Below, piece after piece: positions 49,956 through 62,512 of a stretch of DNA of 64,000 nucleotides. The position numbers and the translations under genes were made by a program. The notes below the pieces were generated by a model that did no database searches, was not told the DNA's origin, and was given only the letters and a program-made list of their open reading frames with translations. The stretch comes from Takakia lepidozioides. Its lineage: Eukaryota; Plantae; Bryophyta. The first letter of the stretch is position 1. Each line of letters opens with the position of its first letter. Location of the stretch: NCBI GenBank assembly GCA_030704615.1, contig CM060733.1, forward strand, positions 69,626,001 to 69,690,000. Direction: 5' to 3'.

Positions 49956-50040
49956 CTCATTGATTCCTTGCGAGTCCAACCCGGTGCCACTGATTGATTC
50001 CTTGCGAGTCCAACCCGGTGCCACTGATTGATTCCTTGTG
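49956..50040 (+). repeat. 34-bp tandem repeat, about 2.5 copies
   Basis: ctgattgattccttgcgagtccaacccggtgcca repeated. Confidence 0.9.
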
Positions 50041-51192
50041 ACCCCAGAGTTCTCACATTGCTGCATCTCCGCGGAGATTGGAGGATACAATGTAAGCTCT
50101 CTCTGCCACGGCCTCAGTTTTATCTGACACCGTGTTGTTCAGTGATGTGATCAGGAGGTGAACTTGTTGCCTGGCTGCAGCCTGCGCTACCCGACTCGGC
50201 AATCTGTATTATGCCTCGTGGCCTTCTGTAAGATGGTTATCATTCTTCTCCTCTCAGGCTTTAGTAAGGGCCCCTTTACTGGAAGAAAAAAAACAAAACA
50301 GGAAAAAACTGAGATAATGGTGTGCACGTGTGCACACAAATCCGTGGAAGGCCGTACTGAACCACAACAAGTAGATCATGTTGTTGGTGCTCTCACCCCA
50401 GGTTTTCTAAACCACCCATTGCCCCACTCCCTGATAATCCCCTCTCTCTGCCATTCATGTCATGCAAATTGATGGAAGATGGAGAACATGGAGAACCGTA
50501 GTGAAGCCAAACATGCGGACAAACAAATCTTTTATTTTCCGCTTCTACTAACCCAGTGTGACCCTGTGCGCGGTTAGATGCAAGTCCAACGGCTCTCAAA
50601 AGCAACCACGTCTTTTGAATTGAGCCACAAGATCCTCAGTGGGATGCATCTCAGCCGCCCGTAGATAAAGATGAATCATCCGTGTGAATGTGGGTTGGTG
50701 TCGAGTCGACAGCGTAGTGAAATAGAGAGAGAGGGAGGGCTCGAGCCGCCAGACAGAAGCGGAAACCCGCAACAGCGCGCAACGGAGGATAAAATGCAAG
50801 CAAACGGGGTCGGCGTGGAGCGCACCTATCCACGTGCTGGGTTTTTGACCCACGCGTGGGTCCACATCATCCCTTGGCAGGTTCGCCCAATCCCGCTCTC
50901 GTACTGCGGTCCAGTTAAAAGCAGGTGTGGCGTAGTCTGCCACTTTTGAGACTATTTGTCAGGCCGTATCGGCCACCCAGGGTCGAATATCCACGGAGGA
51001 CGGCAGAGCAACCACTTAGCCCAAGCCATCAGCCAGTAGCCATCATACCGCCGCCACCCCTTGCCGGGATGCCCCGCCCCGTTTATATCCTCTCAGGGGC
51101 CCTGAATCTGGGCAATCGATATGGGATAATCGAACCCCAATCATATTGCACCAGGTGGCGGAGAGAATACGCCACCTGCTTTTAACGCCAGT

Positions 51193-51293
51193 GAACGGGC
51201 CGTGTTTGGCCGATTCTGCCCTGTAAGCGGCCTTTGGGCGAGCCCTATGGCCGCGCACAGGGCAGAATCGGCCAAACACGGCCCGTTCTCTAG
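51193..51293. repeat. Perfect 32-bp inverted repeat (hairpin) ending next to CTAG|T
   Basis: 51193-51224 is the exact reverse complement of 51257-51288; inner GCGGCC/GGCCGC and GGGC/GCCC also pair. Confidence 0.9.
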
Positions 51294-52163
51294 TACGTAA
51301 TAACCTGGGACGGCCAACCAACCAGCAGCGGCGGAATTTGCTTTTGACTGCCGGGGCTGTTCCGTTTACCCCAAAGAGCACTGTAGACACAGACGAGTTG
51401 AACGAATGTCGTCCCTGAAAATAGAGACTCATCCATCAAAAATGGTAGGAGAATGCAATATGTAGTGGAAAGGAGGGATGAAAGGAGAGGGTTGATGTCG
51501 GGTTGTCGGGAGAGATAAAAACTCGAGCTGCAGGTGAAGCAGAGAGCGCGGGCGGCCATGGTGTCCGCAGCGGGGACGCCTGCATGCGAGCTCTCTGCCG
51601 CAGCCCTCCTCGTCTTCTTTCCTTGTGTCCTGTCTCTGGACCGGGATAGCTATCGCGTGCGGGATGGAGATGTTTGTAGGCCGCTGGCGTCATCGTTTTC
51701 TGTACAGAGTTGGTGTGGTTCTGTTCTATAATAGCCCCCACTCCATCAACTGCATATTCTAGGGTTGGTGTGAGGATGGATCATCTGCTCGAGGTCTACT
51801 GAGGTTGCGCACCCTGTGCAGCACTCCTGTCATGGCGAGGTTTTGCGAAAGATTCGGGGTGATAATGGTGCATGCGAGGACAAATTCAGACGGGGCTGTG
51901 TTGCATTGTGAGCACCATGGCTAGCCCTGCAAGCAAGTTTCCGCAAGTTTGTCTAGCCGGTGGAATTGCAGTGACAAGCTGAAGGTGACTCAAACCTGCT
52001 GTGTGAAGCACCTGTGTACTCATCGACGAGACGCTGGGGATTCAGGCCTCCTTTTGAGGTTGCATTCTCCAGGGTGTTCTGGTAAGCTCTGGAGCGCCGA
52101 CGAGGAGATGGTTTTCAGACTCCACGGGTGTTTCTGAAGCTGTAGTCAGCTGCATAGATTAAG

Positions 52164-55100
52164 ATGGACGGAGAACCATCCAATGAGGGGTCTCTAGGAT
52201 CCCATGTGCCCTCCGTAACACGTGTGAAAGAGGGGCTTCATTCAGGCTTGTGGTCGTCCGGAGATACGAAGAATGAAATGGTTCTGTCAGACAAGGCAGA
52301 GGTGGACAAGGATTTCCAGTGTCCCATTTGCATTCAGACGATGAGAGAAGCGTTTTTGACGGCATGTGGTCATAGCTTTTGTTACAAGTGTATCATGACG
52401 CATTTGAGTAACAAGAGCAATTGCCCCAGCTGCGGCCTTTATCTTACCAACAACCTACTCTTTCCTAACTTCCTTCTCAATAAGGTGAGACCTGGAGTGC
52501 TACGAGTCATGGGTGAAGAAGCGTCGCGATATGTATTCTGTGGGCTGGACTTTCTCAGTATCGACAACTAGATCTAGACATGAGATTTCGTTTGTGCAAT
52601 CTACCATGCCGATGGACGTGGACCAGAATGGATTAGCTCTGCTGCAGATACGTTCAATAAGCATTTTGTCGTGGAATGGAATGGAATGGACTGTAAAGAA
52701 AGTGTTAACTGGGCGCATCCACTTCAGCAATTTTAGTCATGTGGAAGCATCACATCTGGCACCTCCGCTGCAATTTTTAGGGACAGCCATGCAACGATTA
52801 TTTTCTGATATTTACGCTGCTCGTCGCCAGCTGTAGTTCGAAGTAGCTGTGAACTTAAAGTAGTGCCTCCTGAGTAAACATGTGGGGTGTGTGGGTAAAT
52901 ATGTGCAGTTGTTGACGAAGGCATCTACATCCCAGTTAGCTAGCAACGGCTCTCCAGCAGAGCACCTACGCATCGCCCTTCAGCAGGTTCGTGTCTGGCT
53001 AGTCCCAGTATGGCTCCCTGGCATATATGTTCTAGTTTACCTCTGGCAACCTGAAGCATCCTACCAATGTTGGAAGCCTGGCGGAGGTCAGAGGTGCAGG
53101 ATCTTAACACTCACATTCCTGTGGGTATCCACCATCACTTGATGTAGTCAGGGGTTTTTGCGAACAGGTGTAAAGAGCTTGCGGTTGTCATTGCCATAAG
53201 CTGATGTCATGAGCTGATGAGCAGCATAGATTGCACGGTTCGAGCTTATGTACTGTCAGTGGAGGTTGTCTTTCATCACTTTTCTTTTCCTGCACTGTGG
53301 ACTTGGATCACTTGTATCTGGCTCTACATGGGTTGTTAGTTAAGGGGCTTGTGTTGACATGGCTGTTTTAAGTCAGCAGCAGCGTTTTATGTCTTGAGAG
53401 CACCATTTTTGGATGGGACTGCAACACTAGTTTAAAACTTGTTTAACACTCCCAATGCTTGGATGCAGTTGCTGTGGGTGGGACTAGAAGTTTGGGCTGA
53501 TTCTGTGCAATTTGGGTCGCAGGGGGTAGACTTACCTGTGAAGGAGTTAGATTCGCTGATGCTGCTGCTTGCTGAGAAGAAGCGGAAGACTGAGCAAGAA
53601 GAGGCAGAGGCCAACATGGAGGTTCTTCTTGACTTCTTACATCGATCTCGGCAACAAAAACAACAGCATCTCAATGAGGTGTGGAAATGAGATATGATTA
53701 GAGTTGATACTATATTTCCAGATTGCACACCTTTTGTTGAAAATGGGTTTGCTCATGTTCAAACATGTGAGGAAGATGTGGTTAGAGAAATGGAAGGTAG
53801 TGAAACTATGATTTTCATTTAGATATCAAAATCATTGGGTGTGGATTGGTGAGTCACATCATGGCAATTGTCAGGCATCTTAGATACTTCTGAGGCCCAG
53901 GAGTAGAAAACATGGTGGGTGTTTTTGACAAGTTAAAGTTGTTCTGTGGCAGTTGCAAGGAGACCTCCAGTTTCTCAAAGAGGATATTGCCACTGTTGAA
54001 AGACGGAGACAAGATCTTGTGAGAGCTACAGAGAGGTTCTCACTGAAGGTCCGCATGCTAATGAATACCCCATCTGCCGAATTGACTGATACCTGCGCTG
54101 ATTCCAGTACTGGGGGTGCCATGTCTCTGTCACGAGGTGGGCAAGGAGGTGCAATGGCTCCTCTACAAATCCATGGTGGGAGGGCTCACAGAGGTGGAAG
54201 CTCCTCCTTTCCATCTATTAAGGAGTTGGGTGTGGGGGATGCATCTCCCTCAAATTTGCAGGAGATGTCTCCTTCTGGGATGACAGTTGCCAAGAAGCGT
54301 CGCGTGTTGGCACAGGTACACCACTCTCTTGGGAGGTAGGGGCTCAAGAATGTTAGGCATCCTTCCCAGTGGCGTCTTAGGCAAGCCTTACATCAACTTT
54401 CTACTACTACAGCAGTGTCTGGATTTTTCTTCAGGTTGACATTCCCAAAGGGGTGATTGTTGGCATTTTCCAGCATTGTGGAGCTGTAGGCATTGTGTGC
54501 CTTCGTTTCAATTCCCATTGAGAAGAAGTAAGGTTGAAGCAATTGTGCCTCAAATGGTGTCTTCGGCTTGCTGCTCACTGTTGTAATAAAGAAGTCACCA
54601 TTTCAGTTATCTCTGTATCTGGTGTATGTGTACGCTCCCTGGTATCGACTCTCTACTGTCTCTCGTACTAGTTTTAACTACTCCAGTGAACATCTCTACT
54701 GAGATGAACAAGCATCAAGCCCCTGCCTCTAGATCCAAGGATGCAATCTCACTCGCTTAATCAAAAGTTGATGGTCAGGATGTTCGGCTTGTAGCTTGCC
54801 TCACCCTGTTATGTTGATTCCGCGGGGGTTCATAAAAGTGCTAAACGCTTGTAGCAAGGTGCATCACCTAACTTTGTCAAAGACTCACGGTTTCTTCGTG
54901 CTCAGACTCTGATGGGGTCTGTGACGTGGTCGTGATTATATTTCTGGTTGCTGGTGGTCAAAGCAGTTTGAAGACTTGCAAGAAGCCTACTTGCAAAAAA
55001 GGCGGCGTGTTGTGCAATTGAAACGACAAAAGCAAATTCAGGAGCCTAGTTTTCAAAATGAAAAAGATAGCTATTTTGGAGGCTCTGAAAGCTATTGCTC

Positions 55101-58100
55101 GGGTTTGGATGAATTCCAGTCAGTGCTAACTGCGTTTACCCGATACAGGTACTACCTCTGAGTTTGATATGTGAATGTCTACTGTCACAGTTATTGTACT
55201 CCCTATCATAGCATTCCTAGTATGTGTTCATGGTAGCTGAGGCTACATGACACCCTCTTCTGTTGTCTAGAAGATGAATTGATTACGGAAAGGCTCATGG
55301 CGAGTCTTCCCAATTACTGTATCTGGGTTTGTTGGGATATCAATGTAGGAATTGCAAGATGGAAGTTTCTGTCATCCTTCAGATACATGGTTCCGTGTAT
55401 GAAGGTCATCTGTCTAAGCTGTGTAAAGTGGTGCTGACTGTGGCCTGACTGGAGCCTCCAGCCGATTTGTGCATGTCTTCTTCCAGCAGATTTTTTATCA
55501 GTATGAAATCGTTTGTTTGGGATGGTGCAGTCGCTTGCGAGTAGTTGCAGAGCTACGGCAGGGTGATCTTTTCCATTCGTCCAACATTGTCTCCAGGTGA
55601 GATCATGAGATCATCTCATTCAACTTCCTTTATTTGTGGTGGAAAGAGAGAGGAGGGTTAAAGGGAGGGGTAAGGTAGTGTTGGGCTGCGTGCAGGTGTA
55701 TCTCAGGCGCCCCTCTCTTCTGGCATCAGTTTCTGAAGATGGAGGATGTGGATGTGCACTTCGGCCTCTTCGCTCTCTCTTATAGATTGGTGTGTTCTTT
55801 GAGCAGTGTGTCCAACGTATGTTACTGATCTTACTCTTTGGTTCTGCAGTATTGAATTTGACCGGGATGATGAGCTGTTTGCAACAGCAGGCGTCTCTCG
55901 ACGCATCAAGGTTTTCGAGTTTGCAACGGTACCTATTTCTTTGAGGTTCAATCCATGGCAGCTTTCTTGAAGGTCTTAGGAAGAACTATTTGCGCTAATT
56001 ATCTGCGGCTTAGTTCTGGGTTGTCAATCTGGTGTGAGTTCCTGTCCAGGTCCTGGTTACACATACTCCTTATTGCAAATATATTGTATATGCCACTGTG
56101 GTGCAGAGGTTAGTACAATTGCGAAAGTCCGGTTTGAGTGGCTTTCTGATAAGATATTTACTATCTCCAAGCAGGTGGTAAATGAGTTTGCTGATCTGCA
56201 CTGCCCGGTTGTGGAGATGTCAACACGATCAAAGCTGAGCTGCCTCAGTTGGAACAAGTACATCAAAGCTCACATTGCTAGCAGTGACTATGAAGGGATT
56301 GTCACTGTCTGGGATGTCAACACACATCAAGTAATTCACTGTTCAGCACCGGGTTGTGTATGATCAATAGGTTACACATCTTGTGAAACCCTTTTTTGTG
56401 TAACCCCAAGATGTTGCCCGTTTTATGACCCATGGAAAGTGAATATAAGGTGTACTTCTGCATGAGGTGTTTTCGCCTGAAGGCAGGGGTTTGAAAAATA
56501 GTCCCCTTTTATCTATGGCTCTGTTGACATAAGAACTGAAATTCCACAAAATGTCTGATAGGATGTATTTGAAACAGATTCACAGGGATTCTGTGTTGTG
56601 CAACTTTTTCTAACCAAATTTTGTGTGCTCAAACAATGTACCTTAGTTTGTTGGATGGGAGAAGTTGCACGATGAACTGAAGCAAAGAAGTTGTGCAGAG
56701 CATCATGGAGTATGAGGAACATGAAAAGCGTGCCTGGACCGTCGACTTCTCCCGGACAGAGCCAACAATGCTAGTTTCTGGGAGTGATGATGGCAAGGTA
56801 CTCTACTTCCTTCTAGTCTGTTATGCTGTATTTGCTTAATATTGAGGTAATGGTGTATTGAGATGCTGGTTGAATGTCTTCTGATGGAGGGAGAGACAGT
56901 CCCTAGGTTCAAAAGAGGTGGGCATGACTAGGGTTTGGCATTTTGCAGGTGAAAGTGTGGTGTACAAGGCAAGAGACAAGTGTGCTCAATATAGACATGA
57001 AGGCAAACATTTGTTGTGTCAAGTACAACCCTGGATCCAGCAACTTTGTTGCGGTAACTTCCTAGCTTCTGCCACCTGATGCTTCCCAGTGTTTATGGTA
57101 TAAGGTGTCCTCTTACACTGATTAATCTCCTAATAGGAATTATCTTCAGATGGCAATGCCAAAATCACTGTAGTTAAGCTTTCCTGTGTCAGCCCACTTG
57201 TGCTTGAAAATATAACACTGAAAGCTATCTTATGGGTTTGACATTGTGCAGGTGGGTTCAGCTGATCATCACATACACTATTTTGACCTGCGCAGTTCAC
57301 GCGCCCCCCTTTATGTGTTTAGTGGGCATCGCAAGGCTGTCTCATACGTGAAGTTTGTTTCACCAAATGAGCTGGCCTCAGCATCCACAGACAACACTTT
57401 GCGGCTCTGGGATGTGCAAGACAACTGCCCTGTATGTTAGCTTTCTTAGCTTGATTGGTGTGGAACGTTCTTTTGAGTGCAAGGGTTGATTTTAGAGTCT
57501 TAACATCCATGAGGACCTGATGGACAACATCCAAGGTGAAATATCTGCCTGCATTTACCAATAAGTTTGTTTGTTGGCTTCAGAGGGGTTTGATCATGTA
57601 TTTTTTAGTTGTTAGACAGTTCAGACATAGTTGGATCTTGAAGCAGAGAGTAGGAGGAAAGTTGTGGTTATCTATGAGCTGAAGTCCATAGCGGCCTGGT
57701 ATGTAGTGTGCTGTGACTAAATGTAATTGATTTGTGGAGTGGTTGGGTTAGCCTGTTGTTCATATACGTAGGGTCTGGATGTAGAAACAGTGTCTCAAAC
57801 TCTTTAGTTGTTTTCTAAGCAGAGATTTGATTGAGTTGCTGCATAAGGTTTCATATGGTGCTCTTAGGGGTGGGTATGGGTTATTAACTCCAGTTTGTCA
57901 TTGGTGCAGGTAAGGACCTTGGAAGGGCACACAAATGAGAAGAACTTTGTGGGTCTTACTGTCAATAGTGAATATATTGCTTGTGGCAGTGAGACCAATG
58001 AGGTCTTTGTATATCACAAGGTATCCTTCAGTGCACCAGGACTCGTGTTTAGTGATGGTAGGCAAGGAATTCACTGACATCAAAGGATAGGCCCTTGATC

Positions 58101-58638
58101 ACATATATCTACATCATTAACATTGCAGTAGGGAAGTACTAGCGCTCTGACAGGTCAAAAATGTTAATGACAGATAGAACATTATGTACAGACAATCTTT
58201 ATCTCTTCCGTGTTAGGAACAGGGGGAATCGTGATGAAGTTGGGAGGTTTGTGGAAGTCGGAGGAAGGACTTGAGGTACTGGGTATAGATATATGATTGT
58301 TGTCATGGCACACTGTCTGGAACAACAGGAGACAATGTTTCTTCAGGATAGGCAGACCTAAGGACTACAATAGCATTTTCTCTTCTCAAGCAAGTGGATT
58401 GCCAGAATCTTTACGTTGTGTAACATTTTTGTCTTTGTTACTGATGTAATGTACTGGTGGCACAATGCAGGCGATGTCAAAACCTTCCTCTTCACACAGG
58501 TTTGGATCATCTGATCCTGATGACAGCGATGATGACACCTCCCATTTCATAAGTGCTGTGTGCTGGAAGAGTGAGAGCCCAACAATGTTGGCGGCTAATT
58601 CTCAAGGCACAATCAATGTCCTAGTGCTGGCACCCTGA
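52164..58638 (+). CDS. COP1: E3 ubiquitin ligase COP1 (RING, coiled coil, WD40), 13 coding exons, ~687 aa, apparently intact
   Basis: Exons 52164-52484, 52909-52986, 53523-53678, 53953-54315, 54967-55148, 55531-55596, 55850-55928, 56175-56330, 56699-56797, 56949-57053, 57252-57431, 57910-58020, 58471-58638. All introns are GT-AG and the total of 2064 nt is in frame. Motifs [54 protein letters not shown]. Confidence 0.97.
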
Positions 58639-60273
58639 GATTTCTGTCACTCATTCTCATGAAAGGTAGTTGGGTAGCCGATTTTGACAGTTAGCTAGAA
58701 TATTCTAGTGATTGCGAAGGCTTAATTCTTTGCCTAGAAGGCCATGTACCTGGGCATTTGCCAGTTGGTGTAGATTAGAATGGGTAGTTGAAGAGGTTGG
58801 TCACGATAGAATTGCGGTATAGTTTGTAGTTATCAGTTCCATTCAAACTCCTCTGCAGCACCTGTGGTCATATCCTTTTGCCCATGCAATCACAAGTCTT
58901 CCTTCTACAGTTCGATGCTAAATCAGCAACTCAGTTCGAGATGATGCTGAGAGGATAGTATCGAGGCTGGAAAAGCAAGCAGCAGGTAGTTACCTCGCCT
59001 GCTTTTAATGCTCCAGGCGGGCTGGTGAACTGTGGTGGGCATCCGTCGACATCAAACCCCCTTTGCAGGTATTGCTTGGCCACAAGCAGGAATCTTCTGG
59101 AAATGTTGCATGTCAACAACTCTGCACCCTATGAACCAAGGGGTTGAGGGGCAGATTGAACACTTCGGATATTGTCATGTCCTGTCTGAGAAATGCAGGC
59201 GGCCATTATGCAGATGATTGCAGTTGCAGCATTCATTTTAAATTCTTCGAAACCCCAGTATGAAACTAACAGGCCATTGCATGTTAATAGAAAGTGTAAC
59301 ATACCTTAGGTTAGTTTTGAACATGAGTGAGTTATGCAGTACTCAATTGATTGTACTGTGCTTGAACTGACATTTCTACCAAGTAAATGTTAAATTACAC
59401 CTTCCTTTTCCTGTGGACTGTATGTGGCACTCACATTTGTTGAACATCTGCTTCTTCAGTGCTCGAATGAGATGGTGAAATTAGGTTAATATGTTGAATG
59501 TATTTCTCAGACTGTACAATCCCCACCCCATCCATTACATGATTACCATTGTAACCAATTCCTTCCCGCCTGTTATGATCGCTTTTCTTTTTGTATTCGA
59601 TCTCTCTTTGCTTGGGTGCCCCCAATCCTATGGATCCTGGTTTTGGACATGGCTCGCAGGGACCTCTCATGGATTTTGCAGAGCTCATGCATAACCTCTC
59701 ATGGATTTCGCAGAGCTCATGCATACTCGAATGGAAATAAAGACCTCGACTCCAGCTTGGATGGGCCAAATGTTCCTTAATAGGATGCTATGGGTACTCT
59801 AACTATTGGCTCCCCATTATAACATAAAGATTGGATACTTGAGGACCCTACTCCATCATGGGCGCCCCGGAAATCTTATGGGGGGTGCCCCGAACTAAGA
59901 CCTAATCTTTGTTTCAACTCTGAACTAACTTCGTGCATATTGGGTCATAATTACTCGTGACTAGAGTAGCATGTGCCGTTGGCCCAAGTGTCGAGTGTCA
60001 TCTAAGTCCCATATGGCACATATATGCTGTATAGGGTGAGGAAAACTGGTCTGACTGACCCGCAACAGTTCGCCGACCTCCTAGATCCAGAGCTCATTCA
60101 AAAAGCCATGGCAAAAACAGACCGGACATGGTATTGGCTGACTATGGATGGAATGGTGGAGGTGGTATACGAAGTAAGTTATGCTCCCATTTTCCTCACC
60201 TGAGCCTTCCTCAATTTCTTGTCTTCTGTGCACATGTATCGAATGTAATGTTTGTGCATTTGGTTGTTTGCAG

Positions 60274-60801
60274 GCAAACATCAAGCTGAATTTGGCCCGG
60301 GCCAAACGCTTCTTCATGGAAACTGAGGGGCAGCCCAAAACATTGCAGGCATTGTCGAACCATTTGAAGGAAGTCGGGGTGAAGTCCAGAATCAAATACA
60401 AGTCAAAGCTTGTGAAGCTAGTGGCCATTGCAGATCCGGCTCTTGGAAAGGACTTCGTCCCCGAGATTGCAAAACATTATTCTCGGGCCATACACCCGAC
60501 CATGCAGTTAGAGAAATTGCATCACGTCTCACCAGCATGTGTGGATGCAAAAAGAGAAGGTGAGGTTGCACTGGACTGCATTTCCTTTTTGGCAATAGGG
60601 ATTGTACCTCTTGTTCCTGACATTGGACCGGAACTGGCAGACAAGGTGGCTGTCAATCTAGAATGCATTGGAGAGTATACAGCGATGAAATATCGCGACA
60701 AAACAAGTGCTGCATTGGAGCAAACGACGGATGAAGGAGCTTTCCGGCGAAGTTTTGAACTCCTCAGCGATGCAAAGTGTGTAGGAGGAAACTCTAGATG
60801 A
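60274..60801 (+). CDS. Probable terminal exon of an unidentified protein (gene or TE remnant)
   Basis: Open frame after a TTGCAG acceptor, with an upstream donor GAA|GTAAGT near 60174. No recognisable domain. Confidence 0.35.
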   Translation, partial: ANIKLNLARAKRFFMETEGQPKTLQALSNHLKEVGVKSRIKYKSKLVKLVAIADPALGKDFVPEIAKHYSRAIHPTMQLEKLHHVSPACVDAKREGEVALDCISFLAIGIVPLVPDIGPELADKVAVNLECIGEYTAMKYRDKTSAALEQTTDEGAFRRSFELLSDAKCVGGNSR

Positions 60802-62512
60802 TCTGTGACCCAGTGGCAGGGCCAAAGACCCCCTGGGGGCACCATCAGTATTTTTACTGCTAGGAAGCGGCAGACTGCCTATATGGCGAAACCATGGAAA
60901 TCAACCAAATGTATGGCTTTTCTTCCCTGATTCCTTTGAGATTTTACAGGCAGCTACGGACCATCTAATTATAATTTTTCACCCAAGTTTGGGGATTTTT
61001 GGAGGTGATGAGAGACAACATCAAATTATCACGCCGGAGGCAGTTGCGAAAGGCGATTAAATGGAATTCTAATTCATCCAATGGATGAAAACTGGAAATT
61101 CGACCTACAAGCTGGAGGGATGAGAAGACAACCTAGCGCCAACTGGTCATCCATTGGATGGATGAAAAACCAGATTTATCATTAACATCAAGGTTTTCCA
61201 TCCATGGTTATTATTTTATGGTGTTCTATCGTTTTAAAATTATAGACTCATGTAGGAAATAATAGTTTAAGACTATCCTTCACTAGTTTAAGAGGCCCCA
61301 AAAACACAATAAAAGAAGAGCATGCTTCTCTTGTTCTTCAATCTAGTCTCATTTCCTTGTTTTGGCCTCTTGCTTGTGTAGTTAGTTTTGAGCTTGAGGG
61401 AGCTAGTTCCTAGAGAGTTGAGCTTGTGGCTCTCTAGTAATAGAAGCAAGCATAGTGAGAGCAGGATAGTCCTAGATCAAGGCCTTGTGGCCATTTGAGG
61501 CAAGAAGTAGAGGAAGCGCTCCATGAAGTGGGAGACTTGAGGACGAGTAGGAGTACCGGAGGAGGACCAGATTTGAGTACCATTCTACCGAGCGATTTAA
61601 TGCATCCCAAGCACCACTTGTTTCAAAGGGTGACTTACCATACTATCTTGACCTTTGAATTCATTTGTTTCATTTATTGTTCAAGCTTGTTCCAAGAAGA
61701 GACCTTATAGCATTGCTTGCTAAAAATCTATAAAATCTAACTCTCTTTCAAAGATGATGTGTGTGCATCTCTATGTACATGTGTGAAGAGCACAGGTGTG
61801 AAGCCCCAGGAGACAGGGCCTTAGGAATCTAACCCAATTACGTCATGGAAGTGAGGGTAGATGTCCATTATTATGTTTAAGGAGAGGGCGAGCTCACATG
61901 AAGTGACGAAGCTCTTGTCAAATTTCCCTTTCTAGCTTAGTGGCAACGGCCATATTGCATGAGACGGCGAAGCTATCGCCGAAATTCCCATATTATTAAG
62001 CTCATATCTATGTTCATAAGCCCCCTGGCCATAGAGGACCATGGGAGGCGTTGCTAACTAGCTTTATAAGTGGTTAAGCTATTTTGTAGAGAGCTGCCAA
62101 AAAAGGCAGAGCCCAGCACTAAAGTGTCGGCGCCTTAGGCGCCTTTGGGCTGGAGGTCAACCAAGAAGGTTGCCTAGAATCGCCATGGAAAGACGCATCT
62201 AACACGGGTGGCGCGACCTTCCCCCGTGGGGGGAGTTGACCCCTGGAGCAAAGTACGGGTTGCTGGTATACTGCGTGGCAGCACTAGACGCCATAGGTGG
62301 ACCCGTGCAGGTACAACACGAGCGGCAGAGACGACGGAGCCTGCTATTACCCACTGGACCCGCACAGGCGGCGGACCAGTCGCGCCGCGCTACGTAGCGC
62401 TGGCCACGGGGTATCGGTTTTAACCGCTGGATATTACGACGGACCCCGCCAGGGACTGTTGGTCCCTGGAACGGGTATTTTAAGGGGGGTTTTCTCCCTA
62501 TGCCTTTGATTT

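Noticed and set aside
49956-50040. CRISPR array or tRNA
   Set aside because: There are no spacers and no cloverleaf, and the context is eukaryotic.
50596-50943. Small gene divergent from COP1
   Set aside because: Possibly exon-like, but there is no recognisable homology or consistent splice model.
61250-62150. LTR of the terminal gypsy element
   Set aside because: Composition is LTR-like, but no second copy, PPT or clear TG...CA ends can be verified.
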